From a virus: a DNA stretch of 64,000 nucleotides. The position numbers and the translations under genes are program-made. Under the pieces are notes generated by a model. It was not told where the DNA came from, did not search any database, and saw only the letters and a program-made list of their open reading frames with translations. The DNA is taken from positions 65,485 to 129,484 of IMG/VR virus record IMGVR_UViG_3300023106_000001; one strand, given 5' to 3'. This document shows, in pieces, positions 39,232 through 50,000 of this stretch (within the stretch, counting starts at the first letter, position 1; every line of letters starts with the position of its first letter).

Positions 39232-40940
39232 TGGCGCTAATAAAGGAAAAAATAAAGCAACAAAACAAAGAAGAATATGCCTATAAGAAAATGCTTAGTT
39301 ATGGATGGACTCCTGATCAAGCTGCGGGTATTGTTGGTAATTTGATAAGAGAAAGTAATCTGAATACTACTATATTAGGAACAGCGGATACAAAAGGATC
39401 AAAAGGGATCGCGCAGTGGCACAGTGGAAGATTAGAGGCCTTACAAAATAAATACGGATCAAATTGGACAGATTTAGACAACCAATTAGATTTTGTAAAT
39501 TGGGAGTTAAATAACACTCATAAAAAAGCAGGCGATAAGTTAAGAACAGCACAAGGTGTTTATAATACAGGTAGAATTGTTTCAGATGATTATGAAAGAC
39601 CTAAAGTAAAATTTCATGCTGATACTAAAAGACAAAAATTAGTATTAAACACTTATAAAAAATTATCAGGTAGTTCCCTCACAGACTCAGACCAACAACA
39701 GTTTTTAAAAGGAACAGCACAAAGAGCGATAGACAGTTATACGCCACCTACTAACGAAGTACCTCTTACATACACACCAGAAGTAAGTAGTTTTGTAGAA
39801 CCAATTAATATACCTACCTTAGCGCCAGAAAATGAAACAGAAGCTGTACAAAAGGCAAAAGAAGAATTAAATAGTAAACAACAGCAACAAATTAATCAGC
39901 AAAGATTTATACAAGATTTATTAGTAGCTTCACAAGTAAAGTATGTAGATCCTAACCAAGTACAACAAGAAGACATCTATAATCAAGAGCAATACTTTCA
40001 AAGAGGGGGTATTTATGATCTTCCTATGAATAATGCTAATCCCATAACACCAAAGCAATTCACTCTAGAATACCTTAACTCACCTAAATACAGAGAACGT
40101 TTAAAAAATAGCGGATATGAAGATGTTGATGGTGAAATAAAAAGAAGATTAGCAGGAACAAACCCTGAAGTTTTTCCATATAAGGCTCCACCAGCACCAA
40201 ATGTAATACAGTCGTTATTAGGCAAAAAACAAGAAGAAGGGGAAAGAGGCAGTTATTACAGTCCATTCACAAAGAAAATACAATTAGATTCTAAATATAA
40301 TATTGATACTCATAGAGATGTTTATCCAAATGCAACCCAACCAACATCTGAGGAAATAGAGACTCACGAGAGATCACATGCCACTACTAGTTTATTCCCA
40401 GAAGATAGGTTCAATAAAACAGATATAAGAAGGCTTACTAATTATCATAAAAAAGATAAAAATATTCCTGAACATGATTTAATCCCAGGAGAAAATAAAG
40501 CAGATTTAGATGCGTTCAGATACCTATTAAAAAGAGAAGGTGTTTATGATGCAGGAAAGCAAGATTTTACTCCCGAAATGTTTAAAAGAACTAAAAAATC
40601 TGCCACTAAAGATAGATTACAAAGTGTTTATTCAGACGAAGCTATTATATATTTAATGAATAATGTAGCGCAAAATGAAGATAATAATTTAATTTATGGA
40701 CAAAATGGAGGAGTTATTAATGATGATCAAGGTTATTGGAATCCAGATAATTGGGGTAAGGTTGTAGAAATAAATTCAAATAATATTTCAATGCAAAATG
40801 TAAATCAACCCCTCATTGGCGTATCAAATGAAACAGGAGAAAGTAAGTTAATGATGCCTGGAAAGAATTATATTTTCGAAAATACGAATAAAGTTACTGA
40901 ATACCCTACAAAAAGAAATAAAAACAAAAGATTTTCATAA
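39231..40940 (+). CDS. ejection/cargo protein: phage tail lysozyme domain plus zincin-like (HExxH) domain
   Basis: N-terminal GWTPDQAAGIVGNLIRES...GIAQW...RL...QLDF...EL (Phage_lysozyme2-like); THERSH at 40365-40379 with a downstream E..AD motif. Confidence 0.75.
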   Translation: MALIKEKIKQQNKEEYAYKKMLSYGWTPDQAAGIVGNLIRESNLNTTILGTADTKGSKGIAQWHSGRLEALQNKYGSNWTDLDNQLDFVNWELNNTHKKAGDKLRTAQGVYNTGRIVSDDYERPKVKFHADTKRQKLVLNTYKKLSGSSLTDSDQQQFLKGTAQRAIDSYTPPTNEVPLTYTPEVSSFVEPINIPTLAPENETEAVQKAKEELNSKQQQQINQQRFIQDLLVASQVKYVDPNQVQQEDIYNQEQYFQRGGIYDLPMNNANPITPKQFTLEYLNSPKYRERLKNSGYEDVDGEIKRRLAGTNPEVFPYKAPPAPNVIQSLLGKKQEEGERGSYYSPFTKKIQLDSKYNIDTHRDVYPNATQPTSEEIETHERSHATTSLFPEDRFNKTDIRRLTNYHKKDKNIPEHDLIPGENKADLDAFRYLLKREGVYDAGKQDFTPEMFKRTKKSATKDRLQSVYSDEAIIYLMNNVAQNEDNNLIYGQNGGVINDDQGYWNPDNWGKVVEINSNNISMQNVNQPLIGVSNETGESKLMMPGKNYIFENTNKVTEYPTKRNKNKRFS

Positions 40941-43900
40941 TGAAGAGAGTTAAAAATAATAGATATCAAAGCGGAGGAAATCTGTACAACTATCAAAAAA
41001 CAGGTAATAAAAATATTACTGCTAATGATGTAGCAAACATAAATCAAGCTACAGGAATTACCTTTACCCCTGAATTCAGTCAAGCGTATTTTTCTAATCA
41101 AAACAATCCTCCAGCACCTGTACAACAATCACAAATTGATTTTACTACAATCCCTGTAAAAGACGTGACCTCGGACGGTTTATTTACAGACAGAAAAATT
41201 TGGTACACAGACAGAGCAGAGAATTTCTTAGGTAAAGCGCCAGCAGTAGAAGGTAAAGATTATCAAAGAATACCTTACAGTCAATGGAAAACATACCAAA
41301 CTTCCCCTGCCTACCAACAATATCAAAACCGTCAAGGCACTACTGCAACAGGTATGGCTTCTATGCAAATAGGAGGGAACTTCACAGCGCCTAGTAATCT
41401 AGGGTATACTCCACAACCAATAACACTGCAACCACCAACAACAAATCAGTTTGACACTAATGAATTTGGTACTTATTCTAATCAGTTAGCTCAACAATAT
41501 CCTCTACCGAATACTACAAATAATGGATTTACCTACAATCCTAATGAGTTATCCCCATATTCTACTCCACCTCAAATTACAACTCCTAATACTTATGGAG
41601 TCCAAGATACAGGATCAGAATATATTCAAGGGGATAATAATGGAGATGGTGTTGTAGATCAAAGAGATCAATACGATATGAATGGAAACCCACTACAAAC
41701 GCCTACTCAAACACCAAATGTAACAGAAAATTTTTCTTATTTTAACCCATATGGAGGCTTCGATATTCCTAGCGCAGCTTATAAATTAGGCCAAGGTATC
41801 GGAACAGGAAATGCTTTTGATATCGGAGTCTCAGCAACTAAATTAGCAACAGGATTAGGAAGAAATCTTGTTTCAGGATTAGGTACGGCCAATAGAAGAC
41901 AAAATATTCTAAATGAATATCAACAGAAATCAAGACAAGCTTCTGTACCTGCAACTCAGTCTTTACAAATAGGTGGATATTTTCAGGAAGGCGGGCAGCA
42001 ATCAACCCCTAGTCCAGAAGATATTGTAATAGCTTTTGCAGAGTCTACAGGCCAAGACCCACAAGCAATAATGGCTGAACTACAACAATTACCACCAGAC
42101 CAACAGCAAGCTGCACTTCAAGAAATGGTTTCTACCTTACAACAAAGTCAAGCACCACCTGTTCAAGAGCCTCAAGCATTTATGAAAGACGGGGGCAGAT
42201 TAAAAAAAAAAGATGAAAATAAGGTAGCGACAGGAGAATATGTAGCTGAAACTCCAGAAGGAGATAAGGTAGCTGAAATTGAAAAAGATGAATATATAAA
42301 AAAACCTGATGGAACAATCCAAAAAGCATTAGGAGCTACTCATGAAAAAGGAGGTATTGAACTTACAGCAGAACAATTACCAGAAGACTCTCAAATTATT
42401 TCCGACCATTTAAAAATAGGTAAAGAAGGCGCTAAAAAATTCAATGAAGAATATGATTTAGGAGTTAAGTCTACAAACACTTATGCAGATGTAATTGACA
42501 AATTCAACAGAAAAACAGGGCTTGATAAAATTATTAAAGAACAAGAGGACATAGCCTCAAAACTTCAAAAACAAGCAGATAAATTATTACATAATCCAAA
42601 CTTAGAAGATACAATTAGAATTAATGTAAATTTCCTAACTGAAGAATTTCAAGAATTAGAGCAAGAGAAATTACCTATAATAGAAGCACGTAAAAGCTTT
42701 TTTGATGAAGTATTTAATTTACAAGAAGATTCTAAAGTAGGTCATAATGCAGAGGAAATTACAAAACCCATTATGCAAAATGGAGGCCTTTATAATGGGG
42801 ATATAATTATAGGATATTCTAAAAAATATAATCTTCCGCAAGAAAAAGTAAAAGAATTACTTTATGAATTTCAAAACGGAGGAAATAGAACAGCCAATGT
42901 AACTAGTAACTTAAATCCTTACAGTAAAAATATTCGAGAACAGCAATCAGCTAATACAGAAGCTTATGGAGTGGTTAAAACACAAGAAGCTCTTCAAAAT
43001 CTGTATAATAATTTTCCAAATATTATTAACTCTGATCCTGGATTTAAACAATTGATAACAGTTGACTCAAAAGGAAATGTAAAGTTAAAAGGGAATGTGC
43101 CTTTAAACAAACAATCTGAAATTGTAGGGAATGTGCAAAGATTGATAGATGAGAATATGAAAGACTCAGCTCAAACTATCATAAATAACCCTAATAACTT
43201 TAATTCAGATGCAGTTAAAGAAGCTCAAAGATATTTAACAGAAGAGACTTTTTTACCAGATACAACAGGAGAAACAGATCAGTCTAGAGCTATTAGAGGG
43301 TATGATGAAAAATTAGGCAACTTCACTTCTGGAAGATACTCAATGCAAATCAACCTAGTAACACCAGAAGAAAAACAGTTGTTGGCCGACAATGGAATAT
43401 TAACAGTTAAACAACTAAAAAATTCACCTTTAAGAGCTAAACTTTCTGCTCCTAGTATTAAAAATTTAGATAACATTGAAGGTCTTATTGGGGATACATC
43501 AGCTGATTATGGAATTGCAGAAGTAACACCTGACTCAAGACCTCTGGCAACCAAGCCTTCTCCAACCAATAAACTCCCATCATTTACAGCAAACAATCAG
43601 GAAATAAATACACAAGGATTACTAAATTTACCTGACCAAAGTCCTTTATTGCCAGATAGTTTACAAGGGGCTTTAAAAATAAATAGAAGGTATGATAGAA
43701 TTGAAGCACCATTAGTTTCACCTGATGCACAAGTGAATGAAATCAGAAGACAAGAAGCTTCAACAATAGAGAGTTTAAATAGTTTACCAGATGCGCAAAG
43801 AGCCTCAGCAATAGCACAAGTTCAAGCTAATACACAAGCTCAATTAAATAATGTAATGGGTCAAGTCGCAGGACAAAATCAAGCTTCTACATTTCAGGCC

Positions 43901-44269
43901 AATGCAGCAAATGCACAAATACAAGCCAGAGAGGAAGACGCAAGAGCTAGTGATTTATTAAGTTATGAAGGTAGAATATTAAAAGCCGATGCAATAACTC
44001 AACAGAATCTTAGAAATTATTATAATACTGCTCAAAAAGTAAATTTAGGTAATTATAACACTGTAAACTCTGTAAACCTAATAAATTCCATGTATGACAA
44101 TGCTAGATATACCCCTGATGGAGTTGCTATGACTAATTTAGATTTAGCTACTAATTACAGCGCAAGTCCACAAGATGAGTATCAAAGATTATTAGATGCA
44201 AAGAAAACTTTACAAAAATTTAATGTCCAAGCTAAAAAGAAACGTTTTGGAGGCACTCAAAGAACTTAA
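40940..44269 (+). CDS. ejection/cargo protein (1109 aa, Q/N/P/T-rich disordered N-half)
   Basis: Low-complexity segments separated by QxGG motifs; AEIEKDEY and GATHEKGGI motifs typical of crAss-like cargo proteins; coiled coils. Confidence 0.65.
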   Translation: MKRVKNNRYQSGGNLYNYQKTGNKNITANDVANINQATGITFTPEFSQAYFSNQNNPPAPVQQSQIDFTTIPVKDVTSDGLFTDRKIWYTDRAENFLGKAPAVEGKDYQRIPYSQWKTYQTSPAYQQYQNRQGTTATGMASMQIGGNFTAPSNLGYTPQPITLQPPTTNQFDTNEFGTYSNQLAQQYPLPNTTNNGFTYNPNELSPYSTPPQITTPNTYGVQDTGSEYIQGDNNGDGVVDQRDQYDMNGNPLQTPTQTPNVTENFSYFNPYGGFDIPSAAYKLGQGIGTGNAFDIGVSATKLATGLGRNLVSGLGTANRRQNILNEYQQKSRQASVPATQSLQIGGYFQEGGQQSTPSPEDIVIAFAESTGQDPQAIMAELQQLPPDQQQAALQEMVSTLQQSQAPPVQEPQAFMKDGGRLKKKDENKVATGEYVAETPEGDKVAEIEKDEYIKKPDGTIQKALGATHEKGGIELTAEQLPEDSQIISDHLKIGKEGAKKFNEEYDLGVKSTNTYADVIDKFNRKTGLDKIIKEQEDIASKLQKQADKLLHNPNLEDTIRINVNFLTEEFQELEQEKLPIIEARKSFFDEVFNLQEDSKVGHNAEEITKPIMQNGGLYNGDIIIGYSKKYNLPQEKVKELLYEFQNGGNRTANVTSNLNPYSKNIREQQSANTEAYGVVKTQEALQNLYNNFPNIINSDPGFKQLITVDSKGNVKLKGNVPLNKQSEIVGNVQRLIDENMKDSAQTIINNPNNFNSDAVKEAQRYLTEETFLPDTTGETDQSRAIRGYDEKLGNFTSGRYSMQINLVTPEEKQLLADNGILTVKQLKNSPLRAKLSAPSIKNLDNIEGLIGDTSADYGIAEVTPDSRPLATKPSPTNKLPSFTANNQEINTQGLLNLPDQSPLLPDSLQGALKINRRYDRIEAPLVSPDAQVNEIRRQEASTIESLNSLPDAQRASAIAQVQANTQAQLNNVMGQVAGQNQASTFQANAANAQIQAREEDARASDLLSYEGRILKADAITQQNLRNYYNTAQKVNLGNYNTVNSVNLINSMYDNARYTPDGVAMTNLDLATNYSASPQDEYQRLLDAKKTLQKFNVQAKKKRFGGTQRT

Positions 44270-44291
44270 ACGTAGTGCAAAAAATAATTAA

Positions 44292-44323
44292 TTTGCAAAT
44301 CTCAAATAAATAACGTAATTTCG
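44292..44323 (+). promoter_or_regulatory. Bacteroidota-type promoter (variant -7 TAATTTCG)
   Basis: TTTG 44292-44295, 20-nt spacer, TAATTTCG 44316-44323; a hairpin (CCATCTTAT/ATAGGGTGG) follows immediately. Confidence 0.6.
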
Positions 44324-44378
44324 CAATTCCATCTTATATAAATAGGGTGGGATTTTGCGTTTTAATAAACAACAATAT

Positions 44379-47039
44379 ATGGCATCTTATTTATCCACTC
44401 CTGATACTCCACAAGAATATCAAAGTCCAATAAATCTAAATTTACTTAATCAGGCACTTTCTGTTAATCAGGGTAAGTACGATAACGGATTACAAAAGTA
44501 TAATAATAATCTTGTTCAATTAAAAGTGCAGGAAAATCTATTATTACGACAAGAAGACAAAGATAGATTTGCTCAAAATGTTCAAGGACTTATTGATGAA
44601 GTAAATAAAAGTGGGAAGATAAATTGGGCAAAAAGTGGGTTAACAAATAAAATCAACGCTTATACCAATATGGCCATTGATGATTACACTTTAGATCAAA
44701 TTGGCATTTCACAGTCTATTCGTAATTTTGACACGGAAATAAAGAAAAAAAGAGAGAAAAACGATGGTAGTTATTCCGATGTAAATTACGCATTTGCCCA
44801 AGAGCAAGCAGGAATTGCTAACTATCTTCAAGGTAGAGATGCTCAGGGTAATAAGGTTGATAAAATTGGAGCACTTCAATATACAAACTACATTGATGTA
44901 AATAAATCGGCCTTAGAAAAAGCAAAGGCATTTAAAGAACTAAAAGGAGAAGAAACAGTTGAAATTCCGTTTACTGATAGTGATGGTGTAAGAAGGACAA
45001 AAACAACTTCTGTTAAAGGACTTACAGAATCTGAAATATTGGCTTACATGCCTCAAATACTATCCCCACAAGAAGGAAAACAATTACAGATAAATGGTTG
45101 GGCTAAATACCAAGGAGAAAATGGATTAGCAGTTGCTCAAGAAGCATTTAAATCATATACAAAAAACGTAGAAGAAAACTTAAATGCAAATATTGAAAAG
45201 TATAATGTAGATTATAATAATAAAAACTTAACACAAGAACAAAGAAACCAAGCATTTAGAAATAAAACAGCAGAAGAAGATAGAAAATCACAATATTTAC
45301 AAAGTTTTAAAAGTATTGACCCTAACAATTCCGCTTCAATAGGGGGATTTTTAGAAACTACAAATTGGAAAACTACTTTTGCAAAAATGGCAGGAGCTAA
45401 AACCTCTGTTACTTATGATACAGATGCTGCTTTTTATGATGCTAAAGATTTAGAACTTAAGTATTCTGCCGAATCAAGAGCGGTACAAAAGCATGCTTTA
45501 GAAATGACAAAACTACAACAAGAAATAAGTAAAGAAGCCGTAGGTGCAGTTGGATCAGGTACAGGAATTTCTCTTTCAAACTTACCTGTGGAAAATGTAG
45601 ACGAAACTAATCCATACACCACATTAGTAAAAGATTTCGCTACAGAAAGTGTCGGAATTGTTTCTTTGGCGAATAATACACTACAAGGAGGGGGAATAGA
45701 TGATAATACTAAAAAATCATATCAAGCAAATTATGCAGAAGCTATAAAGAGCGGATATGCTCCAGCAACTGCCGCAAAGACAGCATTTAGTAAATCAGGG
45801 TTATCTAACTTATTTCCTGAACAGTATTCTCAAATATTAGAAGCTTATGTTAGAAGAAACGATATGGCCTCAGTTTTAAAAGAATCTAATACACAAACAG
45901 TAAATGTGTTCAAACAAGATCCTGCAAAATATGTAAGCTCTCTTAGACAAAAACTAAATTCTTTAGGAAGAGTAGAGACAACAGGTGCTTATGGTATACC
46001 TATAATGAGTAAAACAGCAGATTCTCCTGAAGTAAGGCAAGCACAAGACTTTGTAAATAAAAACGGAGGGTGGGATAATCTTCAAAAAACATTATTGGCA
46101 GACCCTACAAAAATACCAGTTTTTGAAAATGTATTAAATGGCTTAGAGACACTAGCAGATAGAGCGGGAGTGAGAACAACTTTAAATCCATTCGGATCTG
46201 TCAGTTTAAGAGAAGACTCTTTGTCAGGAAGAAATAAAATAGTGGCCGATAAAGGAAAAGGAATTGTAACAACAAATAAGTTAGCAACAGTTACTAATGA
46301 TAAAGTAAAAGAACAGATAATTAACGCAATTCCTCAAATGGAAGGAGAAGTAGCTTTTGATCCCAAAAAAGGACTTAGTTTTAGAAGAACAGATGATGGA
46401 AGTTTTGAAGTTATACAATCAGGTCTAAAAGAAGGTGTTAAAGGAATATTTGGAAGTGCCAGAACATACACAGTTAAAAGAGGAGATGATTTATATAATG
46501 TTTTAAATGCACAGGCTCTAAATGAAGCACAATCAAGACAAGTTACAGCAGGTAATTATACAACTCCTATAAATAATGAAAATATTCAATTTTTAGATAT
46601 GCAACAAAAATCAGCTTTAAACAAAGCAAGTAATTTTATTTCAGGTACATTAGGAGTGAATTTTCAAATGGGTTCTAAAGTTAATCCAAGTTATTTTTTA
46701 ACTCAACCAACAACAGATCAAGTTTATAAACAAAAATTACAAGCGGTAATTCCCGTAGAAAAAATTGAAGCTTTAACAGCACTAATGTCAAAAGATGCTT
46801 ACAATAAATTTACCGTTAGTGCTACTCCAGTTCAAGGACAATGGACAACTTCTGTATCTCTTAAAAAAGGAGGAGCGCCATTACTTCTAAGTGAAACAGA
46901 GACAGGTAAACAAGTAATGGATAAACAACTTCTTTTATTTATTAAACAATATCCACAAATATTAGTGGGAGAAGCAGTATTAGAATACCTACAACAAAAC
47001 CCTAAAGAAATAGACACAGTTTTAAACAGACTAAAATAA
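44379..47039 (+). CDS. ejection/cargo protein (886 aa)
   Basis: ATG 44379 (MASYLSTP...) preferred over TTG 44355; helical; position in the cargo cluster. Confidence 0.6.
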   Translation: MASYLSTPDTPQEYQSPINLNLLNQALSVNQGKYDNGLQKYNNNLVQLKVQENLLLRQEDKDRFAQNVQGLIDEVNKSGKINWAKSGLTNKINAYTNMAIDDYTLDQIGISQSIRNFDTEIKKKREKNDGSYSDVNYAFAQEQAGIANYLQGRDAQGNKVDKIGALQYTNYIDVNKSALEKAKAFKELKGEETVEIPFTDSDGVRRTKTTSVKGLTESEILAYMPQILSPQEGKQLQINGWAKYQGENGLAVAQEAFKSYTKNVEENLNANIEKYNVDYNNKNLTQEQRNQAFRNKTAEEDRKSQYLQSFKSIDPNNSASIGGFLETTNWKTTFAKMAGAKTSVTYDTDAAFYDAKDLELKYSAESRAVQKHALEMTKLQQEISKEAVGAVGSGTGISLSNLPVENVDETNPYTTLVKDFATESVGIVSLANNTLQGGGIDDNTKKSYQANYAEAIKSGYAPATAAKTAFSKSGLSNLFPEQYSQILEAYVRRNDMASVLKESNTQTVNVFKQDPAKYVSSLRQKLNSLGRVETTGAYGIPIMSKTADSPEVRQAQDFVNKNGGWDNLQKTLLADPTKIPVFENVLNGLETLADRAGVRTTLNPFGSVSLREDSLSGRNKIVADKGKGIVTTNKLATVTNDKVKEQIINAIPQMEGEVAFDPKKGLSFRRTDDGSFEVIQSGLKEGVKGIFGSARTYTVKRGDDLYNVLNAQALNEAQSRQVTAGNYTTPINNENIQFLDMQQKSALNKASNFISGTLGVNFQMGSKVNPSYFLTQPTTDQVYKQKLQAVIPVEKIEALTALMSKDAYNKFTVSATPVQGQWTTSVSLKKGGAPLLLSETETGKQVMDKQLLLFIKQYPQILVGEAVLEYLQQNPKEIDTVLNRLK

Positions 47040-47043
47040 GCAC

Positions 47044-50000
47044 ATGGCAGAACCAACTACAGCAGGTTATAATCCAATAGATACTCAATTACTAGCAGAT
47101 GCAACAGTGGCTCCTGTTATTACTACACCTACCACTTTTATTGCACAAGATGTAAGGAAAAAAGAAGTTCAGCCTGACTTATCTTCAAATCCATTTGCAC
47201 AAGCACCCTCTTTATTTGGAAGTCAATTTAAAGAAGAGCCAAGAGCATTGAAGGGATACGCTAATGAGTCTTACAATGAAGCTTACACGCCTCTTTCTAA
47301 TGGAGAATATATAGGAAGGTATGAGAATTTTATCCCAGGCACAAATAACCAAGAAAGACTGGCACAACAACAAACAACATCTGAAAAATGGACAAACGGA
47401 TTTGGTAAGTTACTTGGTAAAACAGGTGTTGCTGTATTAGGAGGGACTTTAGGAGTCGTTGACAGTTTAGTTGAAGGGATATCTAAAGGAAGTTTATCCG
47501 AAGCATATAATACAGATTTCAACAATTATTTAGATGATTTGAATGTTAAACTTGACTACAAATTACCAAATTATTATACAGAACAAGAAAATAATGCAAG
47601 TTTATTTGGTCAGGTAGCTACAACTAATTTCTGGGCAGATAAAGTATTTGGAGGACTGTCATTTACAGCGGGCTTACTTATTTCAGAGGGAATATGGACA
47701 GCGGCAACAGGAGGAGTAGGGTTATTAGCGCAAGAAAGTCAATTAGCAAAATTAGCAAAGTGGACAATTAAAGGAGCTGGAGGGGAAGCAAAAACTTTAG
47801 AAGCTTTAAACGCGGCAAAAATATTGTCTAAAGGATCATCTACAGCATTACTAGAAGCAGAAACTACAGCGTTAGGTAGAAAAGTAAGTGATCAGATATT
47901 AGGTAAGATAGGAGAGATAAATAAAACTACTTCTATAAATGCATATAAAATAAGAAAAATATCGGATGTAGCTTTGGTAGCAACACGTTCAGCAGGTTAT
48001 GAGGCTGGAATGGAAGCGCGCCAATATATGAATTCCACAGAACATGATTGGCTTGAAAATTATCAAAAAGTAAATGGAGTTGATCCAACACCTGAAGAAT
48101 ATTCTGCTTTCAAAGACCAATTAACTACAACAGGAAATTATGTTTTTGGAGCTAATATGATTATTGTAGGAACCTCTAATTTAGCCCAATTTGGAAATGC
48201 ATTAATAGGTAAAACAGTTAATCCAAATGTAGGTAATAGCTTTCTAAAAAGAAGCTTATTAGGCATTGGATTTGATAAAACAATTACAGAAGAAGGTAAA
48301 ATATTGTATAAAGCTTTAGAGGCAACTAAAGGACAAAGAATAGCAGGTAAAGTTTGGGGAGTATTAGGGGCAGCAATTCCAGAAGCACAAGAAGAAATGG
48401 GACAAAGAGTTGTTTCACAAACTGCCGAAAAATACATGCTAAATGCTTTTGACCCCGAAAAAACAAAAACAACTTATGGAGTGGCTGATGCATTTACAGA
48501 AGCACTTCAAGACACTTATGGCACAAAAGAAGGACTTTCAGAAGGACTTGTAGGAGCTATTGTTGGGGTATTAGGTGCAGGAGTGCATTCAAGATTTAAA
48601 TTTGGAGATGTTACAGCTGAGAGAGAAGAAACACAAAGAACAGTTGACTACGCTAATGCATTTACAGCAGATAACCATATAAATAATGTAATTGCAAATA
48701 ATAAAATACAGGCTTCTCAAGAATCAAAACAACAAGCAATACAAAGAGGTGATTTAACAGGAGAATTACTAGCTGATGCGGAATCGGCCATAGCTCACAT
48801 AGAACGTAATCAAGCTATAAGTAGCGTACAGGAAGGCTTTTTTGATTTTCAACGTCAAATAAATGCTGTTAAAAATGACGAATTAGCTAAAGAATTAGGA
48901 TTAGGTACAGGTCAAGAAGCCGAAGAACAAGCCCAGGTATTTAAAGAAGAAAAAATAGCTGAGTATAAAGAAATTTCAGATAAACATCAAAAGAATTTAA
49001 ATTATTCTCAAGCTTTATTAGGTGAAACAGAAATCGCAGGATTAGATAAAACTTCTACAAGAGAAGTAGTAAGAGCAATGGCCTATAGTATGACTATGGG
49101 AGAAACGGCTATGCGTATAAATCAAAATTTAATTTCTCACGTTAAATCTTTAGTGACTGATTCAGTTAATGTAGAAAACATTACAGAAGCTTTAGATGTA
49201 CAACAAGTTTTAGATTTAGCGCCAAAAGAAAAAACTCTAAAAATATCTCAATTAGATTTACATTTACAATCTTTAGATCGTCGAGAAAAAGAAGTTTTAA
49301 ATAGACAATTTGAAGCAAGTAAGTTAACAGACACAGAAGACAACAAAGCACGAGCAAACGCTTTAATTGACATCAATAAGGAGATTACGGCAATACAAGA
49401 AGAAAGAACACAGGCACAAACGGAAAAACAACTAGCTTTAGATGCAATAGGCATAAAAAATTATACAGATGCAAGTATAACTGTTGACATGTTCACTACT
49501 CAAAATGAAAATTTAGATAAATTAAGAGCAACTTTAGCAGATATAAAATTATCAGATCCAGAAAAATTCTTTGAAATTCAAAAAGCTTTACAAGCACAAT
49601 CAAAAGCTGTAGACCACATTAAAAATTATCAGAAAACTACTCAAGCTATTGTAAATCCAAACACCAGAGTAAAAGTTATAAATGGGTGGGTTAGTAAGTT
49701 ACTGAATAAAAATACTAAACTTAATGAGTCAACTGCATCATATTTCACCGATATTTTAGAGAAGTGGAAAACTGATACAGTGGTAGTTTTTCAGGAAAAT
49801 CAGAATCTAATAGAAAGAAGAGCGTTTGAGAATGGAGAACCTGTTTCAGAAGCGTATAAACAACAGTTAGGGGAAGAAGTAAGAAAAGGAATTCAATTGC
49901 CCTCAGCTGATCAGGCTATTTATGATGCATACCAAAAAGAAATTGAAGATAATGCAGTAGCCACTATTCCAAATAATGTAGAAGTTACACCAGTTACAAA

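Noticed and set aside
42202-42211. A10 run in cargo gene 40940 (also A8 runs near 29123 and 30581)
   Set aside because: A-runs are expected in this A-rich, Lys-rich coding sequence; no alternative-frame ORF suggests programmed slippage.
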